Positions 52,359 through 64,000 of a stretch of 64,000 nucleotides of DNA are shown one piece after another; the stretch's first letter is position 1, and each line of letters starts with the position of its first letter. The DNA is taken from positions 682,001 to 746,000 of the forward strand of contig OZ251231.1 of the NCBI GenBank assembly GCA_965240325.2, read 5' to 3'. The notes under the pieces were generated by a model. The model did not search any database. It saw only the letters and a program-made list of their open reading frames with translations, and was not told the origin of the DNA. This DNA is from Rebecca billardiae RCC1528 (lineage: Eukaryota > Protista > Haptophyta). A program made the position numbers and the translations under genes.

Positions 52359-53743
52359 TGCGATTGGGCTGCGAGAAGCGCTGGCGACTGGCTCTCTCAG
52401 CGTTGCTGCTGCTGATCGCGCGGTTCGCAATCGCGTTGGCATCGCCGACGAGCAGCGAGACCTTCGGCGCTGACGCTGCGACAGGCCGCAACTTCCCCGT
52501 CCGATGTGCTCCCATGGCTGAGAAGGACATGCATCGCTTCCGACCAAGCCCGGAGGCTCTCGCGCGCGTGCGGCGCGAGCTCCGCACGGCGATCGATAGC
52601 AGGTGGCCGCCTGGCGGCTGCGCATCACCGGCCCCGGTGGTGCACTGGGTCGCGCCGCCGACGGGCAGGTGGCACGGGCGAAACTTCGGCGACGACCTCA
52701 ACCTAGACCTATGGGCCGCCATCCTGCGCACACCACGCGACGCAGCGCCGCACGTGCCATTGCCAGGCTCCTTCGGCAAGGCCGAACTTCGCAGGCCGGG
52801 TGAGCTGCTGTTGGTCGGCTCGCTCCTCGAGGCGGTAGTCAGCCCGCGAGATGTCGTGGCCGGAGCCGGCATCAGAAGGATGCCGCTCCCAGCGCATGCT
52901 GCTCGGATTCTCAGGGATGGTAACGTCACCGTTGCAGCTGTGCGCGGCAAGTACTCGCTCACAGCCCTGCGACCAGTACTCCGGGGCCCTACCCCAGCCC
53001 TCGGCGATCCTGGGCTTTTCGCCGGCTTGCTCGTCCCCAGCTTCTTTGACATCGCGGTGCGCGGAGGTGGCGGACTGTGCGCCGTCGTGCACGGCCGTGA
53101 CAGGCTTCTCGGGCCGGCCGCCGCCGCGCTCAACTTCACGATGATCGGGCACGACCAGGATCCAGCCGACGTTGCGAGGGCCATCGCGAGCTGTGATCTC
53201 GTCGTCTCAAGCTCGCTTCACGGCCTCATCTTCTCGGACGCCCTGGGCGTGCCATCAGTGCTCTTCTCCCCGCTTCCCGACCCAGCCCTCAAGTACTGGG
53301 ACTACGCCAGCGCACTCATGCCGGGGCGCAGCGAGCGGCACACCCTCGAGGAACCAGGTAAAGATCTGCGACTCAACCGACTGGTAGGCATGGATCGGGG
53401 GGCGTGGATGCAGCCCGACCTGCACGCGGTGGTGCGCGCCTGCCGCGCGGGGTCGATCAAGCCACGTGTCAGCTTCATGCAGCTGAAGGCATTGGCCGTG
53501 CGCTATGTGCAGGCGCTGCCGCTGAGGCGTCTGTGTGAATTCACTGCAGCGACACACGAGGAGAAGGCGCGCTGGTGGGACATGAACTTGCTCGGGCCGC
53601 GCGCGCTTGGCGACTCGCAGGTTGCGTCATCCGATTCCGGCGCGGGACGCGGTCGCGAGGCGCGCTTCAGTCAATCGTCGTCATTCGTCAAACCTAGCAT
53701 CATGAACTCTGTCGTCTCTGTCTCACTAGACTCTAGAGAGTAG
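52358..53743 (+). CDS. Polysaccharide pyruvyl transferase family protein (ExoV-like)
   Basis: N-terminal hydrophobic anchor; NFGDDL, VGSLL, AVRG, LGDP, SSSLHGLIFSDALGVPS and KYWDY motifs. Confidence 0.85.
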   Translation: MRLGCEKRWRLALSALLLLIARFAIALASPTSSETFGADAATGRNFPVRCAPMAEKDMHRFRPSPEALARVRRELRTAIDSRWPPGGCASPAPVVHWVAPPTGRWHGRNFGDDLNLDLWAAILRTPRDAAPHVPLPGSFGKAELRRPGELLLVGSLLEAVVSPRDVVAGAGIRRMPLPAHAARILRDGNVTVAAVRGKYSLTALRPVLRGPTPALGDPGLFAGLLVPSFFDIAVRGGGGLCAVVHGRDRLLGPAAAALNFTMIGHDQDPADVARAIASCDLVVSSSLHGLIFSDALGVPSVLFSPLPDPALKYWDYASALMPGRSERHTLEEPGKDLRLNRLVGMDRGAWMQPDLHAVVRACRAGSIKPRVSFMQLKALAVRYVQALPLRRLCEFTAATHEEKARWWDMNLLGPRALGDSQVASSDSGAGRGREARFSQSSSFVKPSIMNSVVSVSLDSRE

Positions 53744-54203
53744 AGAATAGAGATCCATACTATTCCATACGCATCATTGATCCATACTGTATAACTACGC
53801 GTCGTAGTCAGAATATATATACTCGTCATAAATAAAGCCGAGTGAGCATCGGCAGTATGCGGCTTGCGCCGACGTGATACTCTGTGATCGCGTACGCGCC
53901 GCCGGCCGATAGACCTCGCCGAGGACGATGCATGCGCACCATCACAGTGCCTCAAAGTGTCACGCTTCGACGGGCACTACTGCACCGCACTGGTGCGTGC
54001 ATGGCACCATGCAGCATGCTGGCGCTGGCGGGTGAGGCTGCGTGCACGCCCTCCCGGGGTTCGGCTGTTCGGCCTGTTGGTGAGCACGCGGCCCTGAGAG
54101 CGTGAGCGACAATGATGCCACTACGCTAGCCATAATATTGACGAGTCCGCCGCCGAGCCCGCTGTTTTCCTCCCAGTAGCCCTCCAGGCTCCATCGCCGA
54201 GCC

Positions 54204-54720
54204 GTGCGTCCGCACCCATGCTGGCTTTGTCGCTCGCTACCGCGTCGGCAGCAACAAGAACCTGAACCGGCTCAACTCGCGGACCCCGACACAAGCTCCG
54301 ATGGCACCAAGGCCGCGGTTGGGTGCTGCCTCAGGAACGGCTTGGAGTCGTCGAACGAGTGCGCGTCGCTCTGGCGGCCCGACGAGGAGACCGGGAAGAT
54401 CCTGAGCTACAGTATGGCGTGGTCGATGGGCCTGCGGGACTACGCCAACGCGAAGACGGTGTGCGACGAGTACGCCGACTCGGGCAAGTCGCCCGGCAAC
54501 GGCGGCACGGCCGGCGACTGGCGTCTGTGCACGTACCAGGAGGCGGCCGAGATGTTCAAGCCGACGCCTGTGATGCAACACGGGCGGCGAGTAACAAAAT
54601 GATCCGACGTGGGTGTCGTGCGGCGCGCCGATGCCGCCCAGCGCGCCACCGTCGCCGCCGTCGCCGCCGCCACCGCAACCCGTTTCGGAATGCTGCACCC
54701 GGCTTGAGAAGCACGCGGTG
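54204..54720 (+). pseudogene. Degenerate Cys-rich extracellular module with a proline linker
   Basis: AVGCC..AKTVC..WRLCTYQEA continues in another frame as CNTGG*..TWV, then PPSPPSPPPP; frameshift and stop break the frame. Confidence 0.35.
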
Positions 54721-54893
54721 ACCGACGACGCCTCCCTCTCCACCACCGCGACGGCAGTTCACCGCCATCGGCGCGGCATGCGGTGGACCGAGAGCCACCG
54801 ATCGACAGCCATCGACAGCCACCAAACCACCCAGCCGCAAGGGCCAGTCCGGACGGGGAAGGGTCGAAGCGCGACGACGCGGTTCGCGGCGCC

Positions 54894-56908
54894 ATGGCGA
54901 CTCCCGCGCGCCGTCAGTCGCCAATGGCGTGCCATGCGGTGGCGCCGTTCATCGCGGCGGCGGGTGCCGAGGACATGGTGCTCATTTACGACGTCGTGCG
55001 CCGGGCGTTCTGCGCGCCCAGGCTCTCGCACGCGCTGCAGCACGACATTGCGTGCATGGCCTGGGAGCCGCTGCAGCCGACAAGGTGCGCACGCCGCGCG
55101 CCACGGGCCGCCGCGCTGCTTCGCCGCGCGCGCGCCGGACGGTGGCGCGTTCGCGCGCGCGAGGTGACGCCATCCCGCACCCCACGCTGCGCGCTGCGCT
55201 TGCGCGGCCAGCCTCGCCGTCGGGTGCGCGCGTGGTGTGTGCATGTGGCGACTGGTCCTCGACGCACAGAGCGAAGCGGCCACCGTGACGGGGGCGCACC
55301 TCGTGCGCCTGCTGCCGCACCCGGCGGGCGCGCCGGTGCGCTCGCTCTCGTGGTGCCCCTTCGGCGGCCAGCTCGCCTCCGCCTCGCCCTCGCACCCCGC
55401 CGTGCTCGTCTGGGACACCGCGACGGGTGAGCACGAGGCTCTTTGGTTCCGCTCGGGCGGCGGGATCGGGGCTCTGGCGTGGGCGCCGGGTGCGGGCGCG
55501 CACTTGCTCGCGGCGAGCGTGCGCGGGCACGTGCGGCTGTGGGAGGCGGCGTCGTGGCACTGGGAGACGCTGCACTCGCTGCCCGCCCCGTGCACGGCCG
55601 CGTGCTGGAGCGCCGATGGCAGCGCACTGCTGCTCGCCACCGCGGACTCCGCTGCGGTTCGGTACCTCCACCTGCGGCGCGCGCCGCCGGCCATCGGCGC
55701 GATTGACGGCGGGCTTCACCTGCTCCCGCTGAGCGGCACGCGCGGCGCGGCCGACGAGCCGAGCGGCGCGCAGCCCGACGCGCCCGCCGCGCTCCTCGTC
55801 CACGGCGAGGGCGTGCGCGCCGCGCTGATCCGCGCCGCGCTGCCGCGAGCGTCTGTTCTCGAGCATACTGCCGCGCGCGCTTGTTCAGAGGGTGACGGCG
55901 GCGGCGGCGGCGGCGGCGGGGAGGGCGGGGCGGCGGCGGGCTTGGCGCTCGTCGTCGCGTGCGCGGACGAGCGCGCCGCCTCAGACGCCGCGATCGAGCT
56001 CGCCGGCCTCGGCCTCTCCCACGGCTGGAGCATCGAGCGCTGCGCCGTCACGCGCCGCATCGCGCAGCTGTCGTGGGATGGGCCGTCGGCGCGCCTCGCC
56101 GTCGTCGTGCACACGGTGCGTGCGGCGGGGCGCGGGGACGGAGGGGGTCGTGTGCGTGCGGCGGAGGGACGGCGGGGCGCGGGCACGGAGCGTGCGGCGG
56201 AGCGCGGGGACGGTGGGGGGAGCGCGGGGCGGCTCGCGGACGCGGGGCGCTGGCTCCGAGGGGTGAGCGGAGCGCGCGCGGGCGGCGCGTGTGGTGCACA
56301 CGCCCACGCGCATCTTCGCACGCCGCCGCTGCTCAGCCGCCCCTCCTGCTGTCCGCGCCGCGCGTGCCTCTGGCTGCGCGCGCTCTGCTGCCCCCGCGCC
56401 TCGCGCTCTCAGGAGTACGCGTGCAAGGGGCGGGCGGCGCTTGACGCGCGCGCGCACCTCTTTGACGCGCACTTGCAGCCTGTGCGTGCCGCGCGCCGCG
56501 TGCGTACACCGCGGGCCGCGCGCTTCGCGCGGCAGGCGAGAGCGGGCCCACGCCAACACACGCCCGCGCCGCTCCGGCACGGCGCGCGCGCGCGCGCGCC
56601 CCCGCTGATGGCGACGCCCACAGGTGCTGCAACTGACGGCCCTGGGCGCCGTGGCTGAGCCCGCGCTCGCACCGCCGCTGGCGGATGGCAGCGAGGAGCT
56701 GGTCTCGATCCCCGGCACTCAAGCGGAGCGCAGCGGGCCCGCCGACGCTGCCGCATGTGCGATGCCTGAGCACATTGGATTCATCCGGCTGCCTGCGCCG
56801 TCGCGCGACGGCGGGGTCGCGGCCGTGCCTGCGCCGATGCTCGTCACTCGATGGTCCAGCGGGCACATCTCGCTCAGACGCACGGCTCGGAGCTCTGGGC
56901 TCGCGTGA
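54894..56908 (+). CDS. AAAS: Aladin (AAAS)-like WD40 nucleoporin, multi-exon
   Basis: LSHALQHDIACMAWEP, GVCMW, PVRSLSWCPFGGQLASAS..LVWD, GGGIGALAW, RLWE..WHWE, CTAACWSADG and C-terminal TRWSSGHI, spread over several frames. Confidence 0.7.
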
Positions 56909-57229
56909 TCAGACACTGTGATGGGTTCGAAGCGAGCCGCTCGCAGGCCGCCCCACAGGCCACGTGGCGCGAGACCACAGACCGGGATTGGTGCCGCTGC
57001 CATCACTTTGTCACTGAATGTCCTCGGGATCGAGGCCGACCGTCGGTCACCAGAGTGTGAGATGGCAGTGGCAGCAGACGCGGAACGCGCCATCAAGTTC
57101 AACTGCTGCTAGTAACTGCCACTCTGCCAGGTACCAATCGGCGGCGGCTAATATATATGATCGGCTACGCCGATCTTCGGGTAGTAAACAACGAAGTTGA
57201 GGGCGCACGGCCCTGGTAGTTGTCGCGTT

Positions 57230-58500
57230 CTTCACCGAATCACGATGCGCGCGCCCGGCGCGTATCCGTGCAGGAGGCGCGGGCGCGAGTAATCGACGCG
57301 ATCGACGGCCTCGGGGGGCTGCGCCGTGTCGCGGCTCTTCACGCAGCCGGCGTGCCCCTCGAGCGCGCGCACGCACTCGGCGGTGTCCACGCCCACAGCC
57401 GCACGACCGCGTCGCTGTCGTCGCCCGCGCTCGCCGCGACGCGCCCGTCGGCCGAGAGTGCGACCGCCTCCACCCAGCCGGCGTGCGCTACCAGCACTCG
57501 CGCGCAGTGCTCGCGCCCGCGCGCCCAGCTGGCGCGGGCGGCCGGGTGCGCGGCGCGCGGCGCGCGCCGCGCTCACGCGGACTCGGCCTCGGGGGGCTGC
57601 GCCGTGTCGCGGCTCTTCACGCAGCCGGCGTGCCCCTCGAGCGCGCGCACGCACTCGGCGGTGTCCCACGCCCACAGCCGCACGACCGCGTCGCTGTCGT
57701 CGCTCGCGCTCGCCGCGACGCGCCCGTCGGCCGAGAGTGCGACCGCCTCCACCCAGCCGGCGTGCGCTAGCAGCACAGCCTCGCACGGCCCGCGCGCGGC
57801 GAGCAGGGGCGCTCGCGCGCAGTGCTCGCGCCCGCGCGCCCAGCTGGCGCGGGCGGCCGGGTGCGCGGCGCGCGGCGCGCGCCGCGCCCACGCGGACTCG
57901 TGCGGCGCCGAGCCAACCGGCTGCTCGAGGCACAGCGCGAGGCAGCGGCCCGGCGCCGCGGCGGCGGCGGAGGCGCTCAGCCGCGCGAGCTGCAGTCAGT
58001 CCGCGACGCGCGCGCGCAGCGCCGCAGCCTCCGCGCGCGCGGCCGCGCCCGGCTCGCCGCCGCCGCCGCCGCGCGCGTCGGCGTCGGCGAGCGCCGCGGC
58101 CGTGTCCGCGAGGTCGCGCACGTACTCGGTCTCGAGGCCGTGCCGCGCGCGCGCCTCCCACCCGTCCGCGCCCGCGTCGGTGAGCTCGAGCGCCGCGTCG
58201 GCCGCACGCCCGGCCGCGAGCAGCGCTTGCACTAGCTCCTCGCACCGGCGCACATTGAGCACGGCGGCGTCGCGGCCGGCGAGGCCGAGGCGCGCGGCGG
58301 AGAGGAGCAGGGGCTGCGGCGCGACGCGCCGCCGCCCGTCCTCGCCGCCGGTGGCCTTCGGGTGGCGCAGCGGCTTGGCGGCCTCGCCCGCCCACGTGCT
58401 CCGCCGCCGCGTCGGCGAGCAGCACGGCGTGCAGCGCGCTCGGCGCCTCTCCGAGTGCCGAGCGCACCGGGCGCCTCGGCCTGCCGCGTTCGTGTGGCCA
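57230..58500 (-). pseudogene. Degenerate WD40-repeat gene fragment with internal ~280-bp tandem duplication
   Basis: HAGWVEAVALSADGRVAASASDD..VRLW..ECVRALEGHAG appears twice, in broken frames. Confidence 0.55.
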
Positions 58501-58630
58501 AGCTACTAGCTAGGCAGCGCCTTTTGTCATCGCGCGAAGCCGTGTGGAGCAGTATTCATCAACGGGACGAGAGGGGGCTTGCTCCTTACAACGTGGATCC
58601 TTGCTCGTGATCTCAGAAATAAGGATACGG

Positions 58631-58680
58631 TCGGCCGCCAGCCTGATCACCCGGAGCCCGTTATAAAGGGGAATTTAAAA
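58631..58680 (-). repeat. Dispersed repeat B, copy 4 (minus strand)
   Basis: tcggccgccagcctgatcacccggagcccgttataaaggggaatttaaaa. Confidence 0.9.
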
Positions 58681-58818
58681 AAGGTTATGAATCGCGCGCG
58701 GGAACGCCCTCGGGCTACCCGCGTCAATGATATCTCGTCGCCCGCGAGGGTTCGTGCGAAACGGTGCGAAGACGTCCTGCTATAATACTTCCCTTCGCTG
58801 GCCACCCGGCTTTAAGAG

Positions 58819-60924
58819 AAACAGCGGGGGCCTAGCGGCCTTTTCCCGGTGGGGCTGGTCGAACACAGCGCGTCTAGGACGCGACGGAGAAGCTTGCCAG
58901 GGCCGGCAGACCCGACGACGATGAGACGAGTTGGCCGTTCAGCGCTGACTAACGGTATCATCCGGGCTGCCGCGTCTTCGCGCGTCGCGTGTGCGATTTA
59001 GCCATTAGCCAGGTGCGGCAGCGTGGCTCTCCCAGTTCTGCAAGGCCCACCGAGGCGCCAGCGAGGCGCGCGTCGATGCAGTCGTCGCTGCGCACGGCCG
59101 CTCGGGCACGGCGGCACGGCAACGGCACGCACCGATCACGCCGTGCGTGCGCGCGTCGGCCATCGACGCGTGGTAGTCGTGCAGCAACTGCAGTCCGCAC
59201 GTCGTGCGCGCTGCTGCCGCCGGACGCCCAGATGGCGCGCGACCGCGTCGGTCGCGGCGGCCTCGCGCGCCGCGCGCGGTTCGGCTCGACGCGCGGCGTG
59301 ACCCTCGCGGCGCTCCGCGTTGCGCGCCTCGTCCACGCCGTTCAGCGTGCTCGCCAGCCGCGCTGCGCGAGGCACGCGTCGAGCGCTGCCGGCGTCTCGC
59401 AGTTTGGGTGCGAGGCCGCGGGCGCGCGCGCGCCGGGGCGCGTGGCCTCGTGCGGTGCACGGCGAGGCGCGCCAGGTCCGTACCGTTACCGTATTGTATA
59501 GGCGGTATGAACTGGGTAAGACGGTAGCTAAGATCGCCGCCAGATTTGTGGGAATCGCAACGACATCTCCATGCGGCGCGCGCAAAAATTAACCACATGC
59601 GCTTCGATTCCCGAGGCGTGCCCTAATTGGCGCAAAAATTAACCAAGTGCGTTCTCGATTCCCGAGGCGTGCCTAATCAAAAAACGTTTGAGGCCCCATT
59701 GTTCGTATTCCTACTCTGGTATTACTTGGGACAGCAGTACGTCACACACAATTAAAGGGGGTCGGAGCTGGGTCTCCCAGGGCTTTGTCACGAATTAAAA
59801 TTGTTTAAAGCTGTGTTCACCAGAATATTACCCGTGTATGAATCTTAACCTGATGATATCCGCCCCTGAGAAGCGACGGTTCATGACTTCAGATGCCGGC
59901 AAACAGCGGGGGCCTAGCGGCCTTTTCCCGGTGGGGCTGGTCGAACACAGCGCGTCTAGGACGCGACGGAGAAGCTTGCCAGGGCCGGCAGACCCGACGA
60001 CGATGAGACGAGTTGGCCGTTCAGCGCTGACTAACGGTATCATCCAAGCTGCCGCGTCTTCGCGCGTCGCGTGTGCGATTTAGCCATTAGCCAGGTGCGG
60101 CAGCGTGGCTCTCCCAGTTCTGCAAGGCCCACCGAGGCGCCAGCGAGGCGCGCGTCGATGCAGTCGATGCAGTCGTCGCTGCGCACGGCCGCTCGGGCAC
60201 GGCGGCACGGCAACGGCACGCACCGATCACGCCGTGCGTGCGCGCGTCGGCCATCGACGCGTGGTAGTCGTGCAGCAACTGCAGTCCGCACGTCGTGCGC
60301 GCTGCTGCCGCCGGACGCCCAGATGGCGCGCGACCGCGTCGGTCGCGGCGGCCTCGCGCGCCGCGCGCGGTTCGGCTCGACGCGCGGCGTGACCCTCGCG
60401 GCGCTCCGCGTTGCGCGCCTCGTCCACGCCGTTCAGCGTGCTCGCCAGCCGCGCTGCGCGAGGCACGCGTCGAGCGCTGCCGGCGTCTCGCAGTTTGGGT
60501 GCGAGGCCGCGGGCGCGCGCGCGCCGGGGGGCGTGGCCTCGTGCGGGCGCACGGCGAGGCGCGCCAGGTCCGTACCGTTACCGTATTGTATAGGCGGTAT
60601 GAACTGGGTAAGAAGGGGGTACCGCTAAGATCGCCGCCAGATTTGTGGGAATCGCAACGACATCTCTATGCGGCGCGCGCAAAAATTAACCACATGCGCT
60701 TCGATTCCCGAGGCGTGCCTTAATTGGCGCAAAAATTAACCAAGTGCGTTCTCGATTCCCGAGGCGTGCCTAATCAAAAAACGTTTGAGGCCCCATTCTT
60801 CGTATTCCTACTCCGGTATTACTTGGGACAGCAGTACGTCACACACAATTAAAGGGGGTCGGAGCTGGGTCTCCCAGGGCTTTGTCACGAATTAAAATTG
60901 TTTAAAGCTGTGTTCACCAGAATA
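58819..60924 (+). repeat. ~1-kb direct repeat (58819-59827 and 59901-60924), each unit with an internal ~50-bp dimer
   Basis: aaacagcgggggcctagcgg...tgttcaccagaata occurs twice at high identity with small indels. Confidence 0.9.
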
Positions 60925-61953
60925 ATACTTTACTTCAACTCGGAGGTGTGGCCGCATGCACGCTTCGAACGGCGGCACACCGCGGATGCTCGTGGTCGGT
61001 TATCGAAACGGCAAGGCGTTCCGCACGGCATAGGATAGCACGAATGGCATATGCGAGTGAGTACCTCTGCACACATTCTTGTAGGTTGTCCTAGGAGGAC
61101 GGTTTGTATGAAAGTAAACGATTTCGCACATACGAAGATTGGACGCCTCGCGCGCGAACATTGTCCTATTTGCCCATACGGTAGAGGAGTCGGGGGGGGA
61201 GCATCAGGTAGAAGTGTGTTTTGTGTAATACTTTACTTCAAGCGACATAAAAGCCGACCCAACCTCTCAGTCTCTTTTCTATGGTTGGCGAGCTGTTTCA
61301 GGCCCTTACAATTCAGCCATCTTACTTTGACGGAATGTTCTAACACACGGCTGGTGTTATGTGCTATTCCACCCTGCATTCCCCTAAGTGTTACTATCGT
61401 TAAAATTAAGGGGCAGTACAAACGCAATCATTGCGGCAGCGATATCCACTCATACGCTAGGCAAGGCCACCTACAAAAACCCCAAAATCCTGCGCGCATC
61501 CTCTTTTTGATTTTGCGGAGCACGTGCGCCGCCCCCCCCCCGGCTTTCGCTCACGCTCAGACCTTTCGGGGGGGGGGGCCGTGCGCCACAAGTTCACTGT
61601 AGTAACTTAAACGATATATATAGTCGTCGTAGTTCATAAATGCGCGCGATCGACGACTGCTGAGAGAGCAGAGAGAGAGAGAGAGTAGCTAAGATGCTGA
61701 CAGCTCCGGGAGGCCGTACCGAGCTAACCGACTTAACAGCCGATGCATGTGATTGCATGAGCAGGCTGCTGACGACAGCACTGCGCACAATAATTGCATA
61801 TGCATCATGCTGAATACCATCGTCGTCATCGTCAGCATTCATCCGCCGAGTGTCCGATCCGATCACGACATCATCTTGCAGCAGTGGAGACTGCGACCAT
61901 ACCGTGTACGGAGAGTAAGCCTCAGTTCAGATTCGCGTCATACGTGCGGGACG

Positions 61954-63084
61954 CTACTGCGCGCCATCGGGCGTCGTCCGTCGCTCTGAGTCGGCGGCGG
62001 CGTCGAAGTCGGCGAGAACGTAGGGCATGAGCGTGTCCATCCAGATGCACGTGGACACCTCGGGGAGGAGTCGCTTGAAAACGAGGAGCACGAGCTTCGC
62101 GCGCCACTGCGTGCGCAGCTCCTGTAGGTGGTGGGTCTGCACGGACCACGCGCCGTGGGCGCCGAGGATCATGCGCGCCGTGACCGTGTCCGCGTGCCGC
62201 TGCGCCTCATAGATGAGCTCTGGGGAAGTGCCCGCGCGGTCCGAGGCCTGGCGCATGCTGCCAGGCGTGTCGGCCCGCATCGCCCCGTACCGCAGCAAGA
62301 CGCTCACTTCGCTGGGAGACATGGTCCTAAAGCTGTAGAGGGAGTCGCAGAAGAAGCGCTCGCCGCGCTCGTAGAGGAGGCACGTGCACCGCTCGGCGGC
62401 CGCCATCTTGGCGGCGGCTCGCGCGAGGCGCACGCCCGCCTGCAGGCGCTCCGCGCGCGCCTCCGCCACGGACACGTTTATCGTTGGACTCTCCAGGAGT
62501 TCGAGGGTCGCGTTGAGCCGATCCATCTGGGCCCCGAGTGCGTCCACCCGCTTGCTGAGGCTGGCCCAGAGCTTGAACAGAGTGCGCATCGCATTCGAAC
62601 CACCCAGCTGGTTCGTGCGGATGAACTGGCGATCCGCGGCCTCCAAGATCTCCTCGAGAATTGGGACGTGTGCCGCGGCGCACGCCTCCGTGAGGGGCGT
62701 GCACACCGAGTCGCTGTACTCGTCGTGCGAATCGTGCAGCAGGGATGCTCCCACCTGTAGCAGTGCTCGGACTACGTCGAGTTGTCCCGCGCGGACGGCG
62801 TGCAGGAGCGGTGAGAATCGGCGGCCGTCGTTGGGGTTGGCGCCATTCTCAACGAGGCAGTGCACGATCACCTCGTCCGCGCAATGTGCCGCGACCGCCA
62901 GCGGGGTTGAGTCGTCGCACTTGCACCGCGGGCAGGTGAGCCTGCACGAGAGATCCACGCCCTTGCCGCAAAGGCGAGCAACGGCGAGTGTGTCGCGCGC
63001 GAGGATGGCGCGCCTCAGCCGCGCCTCCATGCCCGATGAGCGTGTGGTCGGGGACTCGGGGCTGGTGAGCACCGCAAGCATCAT
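61954..63084 (-). CDS. Ankyrin repeat protein
   Basis: TPLAVAA..LVENGANPN, SPLLHAVRAGQLDVVRALLQVGA, TPLTEAC. Confidence 0.85.
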   Translation of the reverse strand: MMLAVLTSPESPTTRSSGMEARLRRAILARDTLAVARLCGKGVDLSCRLTCPRCKCDDSTPLAVAAHCADEVIVHCLVENGANPNDGRRFSPLLHAVRAGQLDVVRALLQVGASLLHDSHDEYSDSVCTPLTEACAAAHVPILEEILEAADRQFIRTNQLGGSNAMRTLFKLWASLSKRVDALGAQMDRLNATLELLESPTINVSVAEARAERLQAGVRLARAAAKMAAAERCTCLLYERGERFFCDSLYSFRTMSPSEVSVLLRYGAMRADTPGSMRQASDRAGTSPELIYEAQRHADTVTARMILGAHGAWSVQTHHLQELRTQWRAKLVLLVFKRLLPEVSTCIWMDTLMPYVLADFDAAADSERRTTPDGAQ

Positions 63085-63274
63085 TCTGGAATCTGGCGGC
63101 TCTGATTTTCACGCCCGGCCGTTATTACTGAAGGAAAATCCGAAATCGCGCCGCAGCGCCGCACGGCATCACCGATCTGGATCCCGCACGCGCCATTTTT
63201 TTCACGGCTTGCTGATGTTGATTTTTGACGGCGATCAATAAAATCATCAAGGGGAGACGCCGCGTCGCGTCGCC

Positions 63275-63757
63275 ATGCTGCTCGCACGTGTGTTCGGCCA
63301 TGCGGCGCGCGTCGCGCGGCTGCCGATGGCCAGCCATTCATGGCCGGCGTTTGGGACGAGGGCGAGCGATACCGCCCGTATGCTCTCCACTCAGAGCGCT
63401 GTCGCGAACGACGAGCTGCCGCGAGCCTCGCAGTTTGCAGTCATCGAGCTGAGCGGCACGCAGTACAAGGTCACTCCTGGGTGCGTCGTGTGCACGCAGA
63501 AGCTCGACGTGCCCGTCGGATCATTGCATCGCGTGACTCGCGTCCTGCTGGCGGGGACGGCCGACAAAACTGTCATCGGCCAGCCGCAGATCCCCGGGGC
63601 ATCCGTCACGTTGCAAATTGCGGAGCACAACCTAATGGACAAGGTCATCATCTTCAAGAAGAAGCGACGAAAGGGCTACAAGAGGTGGAATGGCCATCGT
63701 CAGCCCGTCACGATCTTCCGAGTGGAGGGGATCTCGGTCCCAGAGCTCGGGACCTGA
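63275..63757 (+). CDS. rpl21: Nuclear-encoded organellar (likely mitochondrial) ribosomal protein bL21
   Basis: Transit-peptide-like N-terminus; FAVIELSGTQYKV, IGQPQIPGA, KVIIFKKKRRKGYKRWNGHRQ. Confidence 0.9.
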   Translation: MLLARVFGHAARVARLPMASHSWPAFGTRASDTARMLSTQSAVANDELPRASQFAVIELSGTQYKVTPGCVVCTQKLDVPVGSLHRVTRVLLAGTADKTVIGQPQIPGASVTLQIAEHNLMDKVIIFKKKRRKGYKRWNGHRQPVTIFRVEGISVPELGT

Positions 63758-64000
63758 CCGCACGGAAATGTACAATCGAAAGCGGGCGACGTCGCCGATC
63801 CTGAAGACCCGGCGCGCGTCGGACCGGTCGTGCCGACGTCCGGGACGCCCGGACACGTGCCGAGACGACTGACGGTGCTGACGCAGCCTGGCTCGCGTAG
63901 TAAACTGTGAACGGCGAAGTCGTCAAATCGTCACTACTGCACTGTTAGTGGCGTGATGCCATCACGCACTATTCAGACTCAATCCTCTGCTTCGATCATC

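Noticed and set aside
61051-61602. 183-aa ORF in AT-richer DNA
   Set aside because: Its composition is unlike the host genes and it has no motifs; it is probably transposon-derived non-coding sequence.

Overview
Very GC-rich eukaryotic genomic DNA with short GC-rich introns, microsatellites and nuclear housekeeping genes (POP1, Aladin-like WD40, organellar bL21). The style suggests a microalga such as a Pavlovales-type haptophyte; this is inference and not proven here. The left ~36 kb is dominated by mostly intronless, secretory-pathway glycan-modifying genes: GT77-like, GT25-like, a beta-propeller GT91/GH130-like protein, a methyltransferase-GT25 fusion, a ~2,255-aa five-domain sulfotransferase/glycosyltransferase protein, and a head-to-head pair of heparan-sulfate-type sulfotransferases. 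A polysaccharide pyruvyltransferase lies at 52 kb. Together these look like a candidate sulfated-glycan biosynthetic cluster. The window is also rich in inverted-repeat DNA. Two long-TIR foldback elements share TCA...TGA ends, AAYC 4-bp target duplications and subterminal hairpins. There is also a third foldback element, an inverted pair of ~350-bp MITEs around a nested palindrome, and two ~50-bp dispersed repeat families, one TATA-containing and consistently upstream of genes. Other features are an EsV-1-7 Cys-repeat gene, RING, ankyrin, IQ and RCC1 genes, and a 1-kb tandem duplication. All family assignments come from motif recognition by eye; no searches were run.
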